From Psammoneis japonica (taxonomy: Eukaryota), in the NCBI GenBank assembly GCA_008632985.1, contig QPGO01000066.1:389771-437525 (forward strand): a DNA stretch of 47,755 nt. Reading direction: 5' to 3'. The translations under genes and the position numbers were made by a program. Below, piece after piece: positions 12,469 to 25,230 of this stretch. Position 1 is the first letter of the stretch. The number at the start of each line of letters is the position of its first letter. The notes below the pieces were generated by a model. The model had not been told where the DNA came from. It searched no databases and saw only the letters and a list, made by a program, of their open reading frames with translations.

Positions 12469-14481
12469 TCATTGTCAACCCATTGAGCAACCGCCATCGT
12501 CGTCGTTGATTTACCAACGATGCTTTTTCCAATTCTGTGTGGACCTCCGTGCACATTCTACGTGCACATCGGCAAGTCCACGTGCATTCAATGCCAAGCA
12601 TCAGCAGGAATTTAACGTCGCCGTCAAGTCTCCTTGCCGCTGGACATCTGGATTGATTGCACTGCCTTTTGTCGCTGAAGACACACATTCAATGGTTGCA
12701 TCCAAGTCCATCCTTGATCCTCATCCCTTCACACACCCATTCAATGGCAAACGGTCAAGAACCCTGCATGTTCAAAGTTCTCCGTCGCTGAAGACAAGTC
12801 TGTTGCACCTGATCTGCCCTGGACTGCTGGTGCTCCACAGTTCCACCAGGTCCACGAGGATGACTGTGAGAGCAAGCAGCCATGATTGCAGCCCACGTTG
12901 GGGTGAGGGTGTTTTCCCGCGTTTGTTTGTTCGTCCACAGTGCCCAACGTCTGCGTCAACTGGCCAGCCTGATCGGGAAATCCAACTGACATAAAATGAG
13001 AACAGTTTGGGGGTCTTGTCCACCTCCAGTCAGCTTGCCTGCAGGGGTTTGCAACCCGCCACTCTGCTCGCAAGCAACCCAAAGCGCCGCCAGCTGTGGG
13101 TTCGGACGTGCCGGCACAACTCTGCGGACCAGATGGGAAGTTTAGCACTTGACAACAAACGGGATGGCACAGCTTGGCAACTTCTGATTTTAAGACAGCT
13201 CAAGATTTCAAGTCAAGTCTGTTTCAAGTCAAGCCCATTCCCACTCAAGTTTCAAGTCTGCCTCCGCGTCCTGACAAGAATCGCTTGCCCTGACACCATG
13301 TTTGTCTGCCATGGTTCTTGCTCGTCAGCAACAAACCGATGGTTTCGAGCACGTTGTTGGAACCGTGCTTGCCCAAGGTGCTGGAAGCCCTCTTTGTTTG
13401 GCTTTGACCCATGACGGCACGGACTCGTGCCAAGAACTGTTCACGTTCATGCCTTCCCAAATCGACGTGCTTGAGTGCGACAACGGCACCAATGTGATCC
13501 CATTGCCCCGAGGTCATGAGAACATGTTGGCAGCTCTGGCCAGTCTGCACATTGTCAAAGCACACAAAGGCCTTGATGTTGCCAATGACTCCTCGTTGTT
13601 CACGCATGATGAGTTCCTTGCCTGCCGCCTCAGCCCCGACTGCATGTCTTCTGTGTCCATCGGCAGCTCACCTCTTGCACCTTCGCATGTCACCAACCCG
13701 ACCAAGGCACGCGACCCAGTGCGTGACTTCAAGCAAGGCATCAAGCATGACCCCAATGCTTTCACGGCTCTCAAATCCGACAAGCAGTGGCACACTTGGC
13801 ACACCTCACTTGTGGCACAAGCCCATGCCCAAGACGTCGAGTGCATTCTAGACTCGCCATGCAAACCGACCAGCCCCGAAGACAAACTGCTCTTTGCTGA
13901 ACAGCAAAAGCACATGTTCGCCGTCTTCAAATGCATCCTTCTCACCGACAAGGGCAAAGCTCTCATTCGCAAAAATGTGGGGTCTTCTGACGCCCAGACC
14001 ATCTGCTGCACCTCAACCGAGCATGCGCTTGCCTCCACCCGCGCATCTGTCAAATCCTCCACCTTGCTCACGCACCTCACCACCGCATGCCTTGGTGATG
14101 GTGCTTGGAAAGGTCCAACCCACGGGTTCATCCTTCATTGGCAGGATCAGCTGCGCAAGCACGAGGCACTCATCCCGGCCAGTGACCACTTCTCTGAAGG
14201 ACAGAAGCGCGTCATGCTCGAGAATGCCGCACATCCTGTCGAGGAACTCCGTGCCGTCAAGAACCAAGCTGATCAACATTGCACGCAGAGTGGCAGGAGC
14301 CTCACACACGATCAATGTTGTGGCTTGCTCCTCTCCGCGGTGGCTCAATGCGACAGCATGTTTCAACCCAAGACAACACCTCAAGCTCCCCACTGTGCCA
14401 CATGCGCACATGACGTCTACTCCGAGGAACCATCCAATGATGTGTTGATGACATCGACAGCGACACTGACGTCCTTCAGGC

Positions 14482-15048
14482 GACGTGTTCCAGTCCCAGG
14501 TGACACACAAAACGACAATCGATTTTGAACACAAATTGTGCATCTGTCAGTGCACGAAGCATTTTCACATAAATTGCTTGAGCGGATTGGCTTTTGCAGG
14601 TGTCCAGAGCATGAACAATTATGACGAATTAAACAGTTTTTTGTGGGGCATCAAATTCCTCATGGGACATGTGTCACAAACTTCCTCAGCAGGCTCAATG
14701 CTGATTGTGCATCAGTGCTCTTCACACAAAACTTTCTTCGTAAGTAGAAAATGTGCCAAAATGCATCGTGGAAAGATGTGGTCAGTTGACATCCAAATGA
14801 CGGCAACAATTTCGCCGAAAACCATCCGTTGTGTTACGATTCGTTTGGCGCAATGAAAAACATTGATGGCACAATGACAATGATTTTGCAACACTCACAC
14901 GAGTCTTGTCAGTGTTGCAAAACATTAGAATTTGAGTGAATCTATGCTTTTGGTGGTGAAAAACCGTTCGCAAGTCAGAGACCGCGCAAAAATTGCGCAA
15001 ATGTCGTTTTTGTTGCACCATTTGGGTCACGTGTGGCTGGAACACGTC
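14482..15048 (+). mobile_element. MITE type B (567 bp) inserted in copia copy 2
   Basis: Perfect 12-bp TIR gacgtgttccag / ctggaacacgtc; TSD aggc at 14478-14481 and 15049-15052. Internal sequence differs from type A. Confidence 0.93.
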
Positions 15049-18000
15049 AGGCCAATGCTGTCTGCACCCACGGTCCCAGCCTTGCCGGCGCCCAATGGAA
15101 ACGTCTCCCTCCCAACCACCAACGGATTTGGGATTCGTTGCCCAATTCCTCCAAGGCGATCATCCTTGAGCATTCTCATTTGCCTCCTTGCAACCATGAG
15201 TCCGTTGCGGTCAACCTTCACGACCAACAACTTGGGAGTGACGGTGATGTCAACTTGTCTGCCACAGCTCTTGCTGACTCTGGTGATCCTGCTCTGAATG
15301 TGGGCGCCACTTCAGACAATCCTGTTCTGGTGCATCTCACCAAGTGCAAGCCACTGCCACCCGGTGATCTGCAACGCCTGTTGTCTCCTGGCCAAGCCCC
15401 CAAAGCCAGTCGACCAGGCCCATCCGCCACTCCCTCTGCCTCACCTGCTCCTCCAGATGACACAGAACTTGACGGCTGCACTTGCCGCTGTGTCAATGAC
15501 CACAATGTCATTTGCTCTGCCTCCGCTCATCGCTCCACATGCACTGGTGTTCTAGTTGATCGTGGAGCCAACGGCGGCATCGCTGGCAACGACGTTCGCG
15601 TCATTGCGCGCACCTCTTGCCAAGTCGACGTTCAGGGCATTGACGGCCATCAATTGGTGGACATCCCCATTGCCACCGCTGGTGCCGTCATTGAGACACA
15701 GCGTGGTCCCATCATTGCCATCCTCCATCAGTGCGCATGCACGGGAAAGGGCAAGACCATTCATTCCTGCGGCCAGCTCGGGTGGTGCAAACATGATGTC
15801 AACAATTGCTCTGTTAAGGTGCCCAACGGCTTGCAGTGCATCGCCACCCCTGATGGCCATGTCATCCCAATTGACATCAAGGGTGGCCTGCCTCATGTTG
15901 CCATGCGGCCCTGCACTGACGATTGATGGGACACCCTGCCACATGTCATCCTCACTGGTGATGACACATGGGACCCTTCCGTCCTCGATCACTCTGTCAC
16001 TCACGACGACCAGTGGTGCGACGCGATCTCTGACCTGCAGGACGATCCCACTGCCAACCCATTTGCCGAGCACGGCAACTGCCGTCACCGTGTCATTGTC
16101 AACAAGGCCATCATGTCCACCTCCTTGTCCGCCAATCACGCATCCGCCCTTGATGACCACCTCATTCCGAATGAAGACGTGTTCTGCGAGTGTCATGTGC
16201 GCGCAATTGACCCCAAGGGCAACGACGTCCCACCTCCAGAGTGCAGTGTGCAGCCCAAGGACCCCCCCCACGAGTCTCTTCATCCCTGCTTTGGTTTCCA
16301 ACCTGCTGACACGGTGAGCCACACTTTCGACTGCACCACGCAATGCGCCCGCATGCCCGCCGGCACGCACCTTAAGAAGGCCTGTAAATCGCCCAACCCC
16401 GCCCTCAATGTGCGCCGCCGCAACAAGCCCATCGCCACTGACACCGTTTGTGCCGACACCCCGGCCGTCGACTCTGGTTGCACCAGCGCCCAACTGTTTG
16501 TTGGTGCCAAGTCTGCCGTCACTGACGTCTGCAGCACCAAAACCGACAAAGAGTTTGTCAACACACTTCAGGATCAGATCCGTGAGCGTGGTGCTCCATC
16601 CAAACTCATCAGCAACCGTGCTCAAGTTGAGATCAGCAACAAGGTGCTTGGGATTCTACAAGCCCTCTTCATCTCCAGCTGGCAAAGCGAGCCTCACCAA
16701 CAACACCAAAACTTTGCCAAACGCCGACACCAGACCATGAAGCGCATGGCGAACACCATCATGGACCGTTTTGGTTCACCTGCCCACACATGGCTGCTGG
16801 CGCTCATGTGCATTTGCTTCATGCTCAACCACACAGCGTCCCCACGTCTCCACTGGCGCACGCCCCTTGAGTCTCTTGCTGGCTCCACCCCGGACATCAG
16901 CCCATTGCTTTGCTTTCACTGGTGGGAACCCGTGTGCTTCCACCTCAATGACTCCAACTGGCCGTCCAAATCCCGTGAGTTGCGTGGACGCTTTGTTGGC
17001 ATTGCTGAACACGTTGGCCACCAGATGACCTTTAAGATTCTTTCTGACAACACTCAGAAGATCCTCTGCCGGTCCAATGTACAATCCGCTGCTGCCAATC
17101 CTTCCGTTTGAAACCTGCATCTTGATCCTCCTGATGGGGAGCCACCTGAACCCATCATCAAATCTTGCCATGACGACAACCCCGTCGATTCACCTGATGG
17201 GGAGCTCAGGACACCCAAGATGCCAGTTTTCGATCCGCAAGACATCATTGGATGCACCTTCCTCATGCAGCCACAAGAGGACGGACAACGCCACAGAGCT
17301 TGCATCGTCAAGGCCGTCGAAGATCATGACTGGAAAGTGAACGGCAACCCCGAGCTCACTGAGTTCGTCTGCTCTGTCAACAACAACAAATGTGAGGAAG
17401 TCCTGGCCTGCAACGACATCATGAATCACATTGAGCAAGAAGACGAAGACACTGCTGTTTGGAAATTTTGACGCATTGTGTCACACGAAGGACCTCTGAA
17501 GCCTCATGCTTGAATGGGAAAGTGGGGAGATCACATCCGAGCCTCTTGCCATCATCACCAAGGACGACCCTGTCACCTGCGCCATCCATGCACGAGAGAA
17601 CGGACTTCTCGACACTGATGGCTGGAAGTGGTTCCGCACCATTGCGAGGCGTCAGAAGAAGCTGTTCCGCATGGCCAGCCAAGCCAAGCTTTGCTCCTTC
17701 CGCACTGCACCTTGCTGCAAGTGTGGATGCGAAGTTCCCCAGAACTGCAAACACCCATGTCCCCAGACAAATGCAATGGCAACTGCAAATGGGGAGACGC
17801 AACCAATCTCGAGATGGACCAACTTGATGAATGCGAAGTCTTTCATGACTGCGGGCCCTCCAAGTCTTCCACTCCTCCTTCGGGACACAAGAAGATCCGA
17901 GTGCACCCAGCGCACAAAGTGAAACACAACGGTGGCCACAAGGCACGACTCGCAGCCAATGGACACCTCACGGACGTACCCATTGACAGTGTCTGCTCTG

Positions 18001-19420
18001 GAGCAGTCTCCCTTTGTGGCCTTCGGCTGATGATTTTCCTGGCCGAACTCAACGAGTTGGAGACATGGGCCGCCGACATTGGCAATGCCTGCCTTGAAGC
18101 CACCACCAAGGAGAAGCTGTGCATTGCAGCTGGACCCGAATTTGGCAAACTCGAAGGCCACATTCTTGTCATCTACAAGGCCCTGCATGGACTGCGCAGC
18201 TCCAGCCTCCGCTGGCACGAGCGCTTTGCCGACTGCCTGCAAGCTGAAGGTTTCTTCCCCTGCCGCGCGGAACCCGACATTTGGACGCACAGGAATGGCA
18301 ACCACTGCGAATGTGTTGCCATTTGTGTGGATGACCTTGCCATTGCCATGAAGGATCCTCAATCTTTCGTCAATGCTCTCACGGAAAAGTGCAAGTTCAA
18401 GCTCAAGGGCATGGGACCGATTGAGTTCCATCTAGGCTGCGACTTCTCCCGGGATCCTGACGGCACCTTGTGTCTGTCTCCGCATGGTTGACAGCTGCAC
18501 ACGACTGTTTGGGGAGAAACCTGCCACCAACGTCCTGTCCCCTCTGGAAAAGGGTGACCACCCCGAACTGGATGCTTCCAAACTGCTGGGGCCCGATGGC
18601 ATTCAACAGCTCCAGTCTCTTGTTGGTTCCCTCCAGTGGGCAGTGTCTCTTGGTTGAATTGACATCACCACAGCTGCCATGTCACTCTCCGGCTTCCGAG
18701 CTGTGCCCCGTCAAGGCCACTTGGATTGTGCCAAACGTGTCTGTGGGTGCCTCTCCAAGATGCAACACGGCGCTCTCTGCGTTCGCACAGAAGAGCCCAA
18801 CCATTCAGATCTCCCTGCACCGGCCTGTCAATGGATGCATTCCGTGCATGGCAAAGCAGAGGAGATGATCCCAAAGGACGCTCCACCACCCCTTGGCAAG
18901 TTTGTCACTGCCACCCACTACGTCGATGCAAACTTGCATCATTGCATGCTCACCGGATGCTCTGTCATGGGAATGCTCCACTTCCTCAACAAATTCCCGG
19001 CTGATTGGTTCTCTAAGAAGCAAGCCACCGTGGAGACTGTGACCTGCGGGTCTGAATTTGTTGCCGCAAGGACTTGTGTTGAGCAGATTGTTGACCTGCG
19101 CATTGCCCTGCGTTGCCTCGGCATCCTGATCCGTGACATCAGTTTCGGTGACAACAAGTCAGTTGTGAACAGTGCCACCATCCCACACTCCAAGTTACAC
19201 AAGCGATGCACTGCTCTGTTGTTCCATCATGCACGTGAGGCGATTGCCTCTGGTTGCCTTGAGTTCCACTTTGTCGAAGGCTCCCGCAACCCTGCTGACA
19301 TTCTCAGCGAGCATTGGGGTTGCTCCCAAATCTGGGACCTTCTCCGTCCCCTTGTGTTTTGGAACTTCATTCCATCCAAAGGTGAATCTGTTTCTGTGAC
19401 TCCTCAAGCAAACTGGGGAG

Positions 19421-19698
19421 TGACAGGATTTGAACAGGATTCAGGTGCGCACGAAATGTCACGCGCTGTTTAGTTTGCCGCGCACAGTTTTGTGTGCTCT
19501 TCAGCTCCACGCGCGTGTGCACGACGCAGTTTGCTTTTGAGCCACATGGCTCACAAGAACAACAACAGCAGCCCAATCACACTGACTTGCATGTCTTTCG
19601 GCTCCTGCAACGGTCTCTGAGTGGAGACTCATCTGCTGTTTAGACAGCAGTGAGGAGTTGTTGTTTGAATCCTTGCCATTTGCCTTCAATTTCTAACG
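19421..19698 (+). repeat. 3' LTR of copia copy 2
   Basis: Follows the polypurine tract and is followed by the TSD cagat. Confidence 0.93.
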
Positions 19699-21216
19699 CA
19701 GATCATGAGAGACAGATGAGAGCACACAGGCCTGGAAATCAAACCATGAGCAATGCAAAAAAACACAGCAGACCATTTGAAAAATTTGGCATGCAAAAAG
19801 TGGCAGTGATGTTGTTGTTCTTGGATGCAATGCACGACAGTGAAAATGCAAATGTGGAGGTTTGAAAGGTGCAAACTGCCACTCAAGCAAAATGCCACAA
19901 TGCACGGATTGATGTCAGGAACTGAATCATTTGAAAAATTTTGCATTCAAAGAGAAACAGCAAAAAATGAGACAGGCCAGTGGCACGCTGGTGGGTGCAA
20001 TTGGCCTGCGTCGGAGTGGAGGAAAGAAAATTTGTGCACAGTGCACTCTGGTGGAAGATGCACGGGCAGTCATGTCAGCTCAAAATGACTCATCAGGTGT
20101 GTGCAATGGTGCAAGAACAGCAGCCAAGACAGACCCGGGCATCACTGCCAACACAGATTGTGTCTTTTGTTTGCAGTTGGCACACATGACATGGCAGAGA
20201 CTGCATGCCAGAATGTGGAGATTGTGGGGATGTCTCAGTCATCAGCATGGAGGAGGCAAGAGGTCAAATGACCAACTGTGCAACAACAGCAGTGCACCCA
20301 AAGACCAAGTTTGTGACACACAACAATGTTGAATTCAGAAAAAGGTTTGCAAGCACCTCAATGTGGCCAAGAGTGACTGTGCAGTTTGGTGGGAGCAGAA
20401 AAAGGAGAGGGTGAGGAAGAGACTAAATCAGAGATGAAACAACAGACAGGAGGCATTCAAGGAAGAAGATGGCAGGTGTGCAAAATGGAGGTGGCGTGCA
20501 AATGACATGAAAAGCAGTTCTCACAAATTGATTCTTGGTTGGCCATGGCCAGGCACAAAAGACTGCATTCTGCAGCACACATTGAAAAGGGGAGGGTGTT
20601 GCCACAAGTGCACTTGATTGGCTGTCAACAAGCATGGAGGCTTTTTGCCAGGCTCATCTGCGACAACTGCCACAAGATGGAAATGGCGGTGGCAGAGAGA
20701 GAAAACCAACTCAAGGAGGAGAAAGAAAAGGAACAGCAAACAGAGCCAGTGCCACCACCAAGGTGCACATTCCGGGGAAAAGGAGCAAAGAGAAATCAAG
20801 GATGGAGCCAGAGTGGAATCCAAAAGTGCTGTGCAAGCTGCACGATGCGGTGGTGGAGGAGAGGATGGAGAAAGCCAGAGTTGATGCACACTGCCTGCTG
20901 CCAAAGAAATTGGAGAGTGCTTGGGGGAAAGAGGAAGATGAAAAAAAGGACAGCAACAAGGGGTGGGCAGCTCCAAAAACAGATTGGAGCAATGGTGAAG
21001 AGGAAGCAATCAGAACATGCAACCAAGGTCAGAACAGTGAGCTCGGGACAAGGCAGAAGGCGAATGACTGGCAACATGCACTGGCAAACAGAGCACAATG
21101 ACAACAGCAAAATTGACCATGCAGAACAAGTGCAAACCAGATCAGCAACAGGATCACATTTGAGTGTCAAAACAAAATTTGCCTCAACTGAAAAGTGAAA
21201 CAAGTTTGCACATGAT

Positions 21217-22270
21217 GTGAGTTGGGGAGTGACCGGGAAGTTGTTTGTTGCATGGCAAACAGCTGAGCAGCCTGAGAGTGATTTGTTGCACAGAGAAGAG
21301 ACAAGTGAACAGAAGGCAATTTGTCACATGGTGAAAAGCAACATGGTGTTGCACTTAAAAATGTCAGGAACATTGTTGGTGTGCTCATCACGTTTGAATT
21401 TTCTCACATGGCATGCAAGAATTTTCAATTTAAAATCAAGACACATGAGCCAACAATGTCGTGCGCCCATTTGCGTGCGATGTCAGATCATTGCCCCACC
21501 AGATGTTCTTCAGATTCTCCCATTTGCCAATGTTTGCCTCAAGTGTCTGTCAACAGATGCATTGAGAAAGGAGAGTTTGCAGGGAAAACAAGTTCTGAGG
21601 TGATGTTGAAGACCAGCAAGAAGGGAACATTTGCCATGCATGGGACAACCATTTCCTGCAGCAAAGAAAGCATGATTGCCCATGTCACAAAAAGAGATGG
21701 AGGTGAGCGGGAAGCAATGATGAGTGATGTGAGCCATGTGGTGAAAGCAACACCTGTCAGGGGACAAGATTGTTTTGGATCAGTCAAGTGTGAGTTGACA
21801 TGCAACATCATTCCATGAGTTGGTCTGCAAGATTGGTTGTCTTTGTGCCAGTCTGGCAGGCTTTTGCACCAAGAAATTGACAATTTAAGACAAACCTGAC
21901 TGACCACAACAACAGACATTTTGTCATGCTGGTGTGCATCTTTTGCTGGCATGGAGCCGGATGACCAGAAGTGGTCAAATCTGGGTTCCACCAGTCTGTC
22001 ACACAGCAGTTTGAGGTCATGCTGAGCTCACACTGGGATGGTGATCCAACACCAGTGCCAGAAGCCTTTGGAGGATGTGTGTGTGGCTTGCATGGTGATG
22101 GCTTTGTTGAGTGCCACAGTGGTGTGCAGCAAGAGAAAGATGCCTGTGGGAGTGACACAAGAGGCTCTGCAGATGATGCCCATGAGTTGCACCATCTCTC
22201 TGGGGGTGCATCACAGATGGCCTTTCTCCATGCAAAGCTTGTGGCCAGGATGCATCAGAGGCCCATTTAA
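21217..22270 (+). mobile_element. Degenerate coding fragment, probably the C-terminal part of a Plavaka/CACTA-like transposase
   Basis: TA-depleted overlapping ORFs with a second diverged copy at 750-1110 (-). The family call is inference. Confidence 0.35.
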
Positions 22271-22488
22271 ATGAATTGCCTTGTGGTTGGACAAATGGAC
22301 AATGCTGCAGACAGCATGTGTGAGTGTCATCACACAAATGTGTTTGTGATGAATCATTGCCATTTGACACAAATCACACCTGTTTGCCACAAACAGGTGT
22401 GATTGAAAACAAACAAATGTCCATGCAAACCAGCAAATGTCTGGTGATCTCAACACACAATCATTGATCCCAACAAGTGAGGTGCAAC

Positions 22489-24172
22489 TCAACAAGTTTG
22501 TGACTCCAAACCAGTTGCTTGGCGGGATTTCATTTTGCTTGTTGTCACCAACTGGGTGTTGACCAAATTCAGCGTCAGGACTTCCAGTTCATGGATTTTG
22601 GCACAGTTGACCTGGTGGTCATCTTCATCATCCAAGCCGTCCTGTGCTTCTTCTGCTGCCCGTTGATCTTGATTGGTTGTTGTGACAGCTCTGTGGAGCT
22701 GTTCCTGCCACCCAAGTTGTCCGCTTGCAACATCTTGCTTGATCTCCATGACCATTTCAACAAAGAACTTGTTGGCCTTTGGTGACCACCCTTTGCTCTT
22801 CCTTGGTGTCTTGTGCTTCCTTGGTCCCATGTTTCCATCTGTGTCTTTTGGCTTCACCGCTGTGAAATGCTTGAGTGTCCTGACAACCTTTCTCTTGTTG
22901 CTGGATGAACCTGCATTGTTTTGGATGTCAGTGAGTGCTTTCACAGCATTGGCCAGAGCTGTGACTTGTGCTGCAGTCTTTGGCTTGTCTCTGATCTTCT
23001 TGACCATTGAATCCCATCTTGTGACAGACTCTTCTTTTGCTTCTTTGAACTTCTGTTTCAGCTCTTGCGCTGACAAACCCCTCTCCTCTGACTTCTGTTG
23101 TTGATCTTTCTGCAGCAGCACAAGCATGCTCTTGTCCTGGTTGTCCATCTCCTTGGCCATTGCGAGGTCTGGCATGATCATCTTGCACAAGTTGTTGCTT
23201 CCCTCTTGGTCCGCCGTGCCTCCATCATCAACCAAATCCACATTGCAATCTGACATCAAAGGCCCTTCGTCCTTGTTTTGGCTCTTGCAGAAGGCATGCC
23301 ACACATTGCAGTTGTTCTTGAGGAGCATGTGGGCAAATGCCTTGGCACATGTGCTGTGCCCATTCTCTTGTTCTTGGCAATGCACTGTTTCCACCGTGTG
23401 TCTCCAACAATCAGATGGAGCATGCAGTCACAGAACACCATCTGCAAAACCAGGTTTCACAAGCAATCTTGGAATCTTTCTGTGGACAGCAAGATGCAAT
23501 TGTTGTCATTGCAGCATGCACAAAGAACTTCATTTGGAGCAGGGAAAGCAAGTGATGACACTGTCAGCAACTGCAATGGCTGTTCTTGTTGCACCCTTTG
23601 TTTGCACTCACTGTGGAACTTGTCCTGCTGCACCTGGGACACACTCAACCTCTCAATTGCTGGCCACTCCTGACACATCTTTTTTTGTTTCATTGCAAGC
23701 CACAGGTGGTGCAGGTGTGTTTTTTGCTCCGGTTTGGGCAAATGTTGCAGCATCCTGTCCACCATCTTTGGGTCACAGTTGTGCTCAAAATCCTTGCAGA
23801 GCACGCCTGTTTCCTCCATTTCCTTGTCATTGAAATGAGTGTGACACTGAGGAACAATGTTTTCTTAACATGCTCTCTCACCTTTGCCATGTCCTGCATC
23901 ACCTTGGCATGATCCGTCATCCAATTGGTCAAACTCATGCCCCGCTTCACAATGACCATTGTCCTCTGCTGCTGCCTCAGTTCTTTTTCTGGTGTGTGCT
24001 GAAGTGATGTGATGGATGCAGTTGAGTCTTGCGGATGATGTGCATGAGACGGTTGTCTTTCTTCCTTCTGTGATTTTTTTTTTTGCTTGCCTGAGTGGGG
24101 TCTTTTCCCTTGTTTTTTTTCTTTGCATGTGCGCCTGCCTTCCAATTTAAACGGATCCTCCCTCCAATTCAA
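22489..24172 (-). pseudogene. Degenerate transposon accessory ORF
   Basis: Frameshifted ORFs of 160, 120 and 301 aa with AFAHMLLKNNCNVW (= AFAYMLLKNNYNVW) and KGWSPKANKFFVEMVMEIKQD, then an acidic tail. It resembles the second ORF accompanying Plavaka/CACTA-like elements (inference) and is divergent from the fragment at 24419. Confidence 0.5.
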
Positions 24173-24418
24173 AATGTCTCATCTTAAATGTCTGAACATG
24201 TGTTTGCCACAATGTCCAATGTCTCTTTGCAGCCAACTCTCCAATGGCCATTGCTGCCATGCACCAAGTGACTCCCACTCAAAAATCAATCAAGTCTTCA
24301 CTCAACAATTTGATTCAAAAATTGACACCTGTGTGCCAACAAGTGGTTGTGAGCAAGCATCCAACCACCTCATTCTGCTTCCGCTGCCTTCCTTTTCTAA
24401 TCGGACTCTGAGCTTGGC

Positions 24419-25230
24419 ATGCATTTTTGCCGCCGTTGCTGCCAATGCCAGCAAAATGCACCGCGCCTCCAGCGCATCTGCCACAACCAAATTGAGCCAG
24501 CTGTCACAAGCCGCTGTTTTTGTTCTCCAAGAACAGCAAATTGCTTGTCAGTTGTCCATTTCTGCCTCCAAGAGAAAGACAAAGCAGCAATTCCTGGCAC
24601 TCACTCCAGCGCAGATGAGGATGACGACCCACCCAGTTTCCCACTTGCGGAAGACCCGGAGCTGTTTCCCACACCCAAAAAGGAAGCAGAGGAGGAGGAG
24701 GAGGACGATCATGATGACAACTCCTCTCATTGCGAAATGTTCCCTGGCACTCTTGCTGCATCTTTGTCCTCTCCTTTGGATGAGACATCTGAAGAATCCA
24801 CCCTGCCCCCGGATCCACCCACTGTCCCTCCCACCACTGCCAACCCGGATCCCTTGCATGTTGAGGCATCTGATCCACCAACCTTTTCACTTGAGGAGGA
24901 AGCTTTGCTGGAGCTGATCCTGCTGTGTGACAATTCCAGTGCTGCCTGTCAATTTTGCAGTCAGTTGCTCACCCTCTTGCGATGCTTTTGCAAGAAGCAG
25001 AAGCTTGATTGTCTTCAATGTCTTGGAAGGGACTTGTTGGCAAAGAAACTCTGCAAGAAGGTTTTCCTGCCCCAGCCTGGCACTCAGATCATTGGTGGAT
25101 GGGAAGTCACTTGATTCCGCATGCTGGACATGTTGAGAGATTTGCTTGCCCACTCAATGTTTGACAATGAGCACAATCTCAATGTGAGCAAGTCCATGAG
25201 TGTGATTGTGCTTGGCATCACCTTGGGTTC
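24419..25230 (+). mobile_element. N-terminal fragment of a Plavaka/CACTA-like transposase
   Basis: Cys cluster, acidic/Pro-rich linker, LLELILLCDNSSAA, then LRDLLAHSMFDN, which is similar to LQDLFDDPLFAD at ~8540. Confidence 0.4.

Larger units (their letters stand above)
12176..19698 (+). mobile_element. Full-length Ty1/copia (CoDi-like) LTR retrotransposon, copy 2, inactivated
   Basis: Two 278-bp LTRs; 5-bp TSD cagat at 12171-12175 and 19699-19703; PPT aactggggag before the 3' LTR. Gag starts at 13311. Motifs: protease LVDRGANGGIAG, integrase (IATDTVCAD, SNRAQVEIS, WQSEPHQQHQN), RT (HKARLAANG, DIGNACLEA, KALHGL, ICVDDL), RNase H (YVDANL, FGDNKSVV, NPADILS). Stops and frameshifts are present. 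Confidence 0.96.

Noticed and set aside
15552..16625. 357-aa antisense ORF, and similar antisense ORFs over both copias
   Set aside because: Shadow ORFs opposite pol, lengthened by the loss of TAA/TAG stops.
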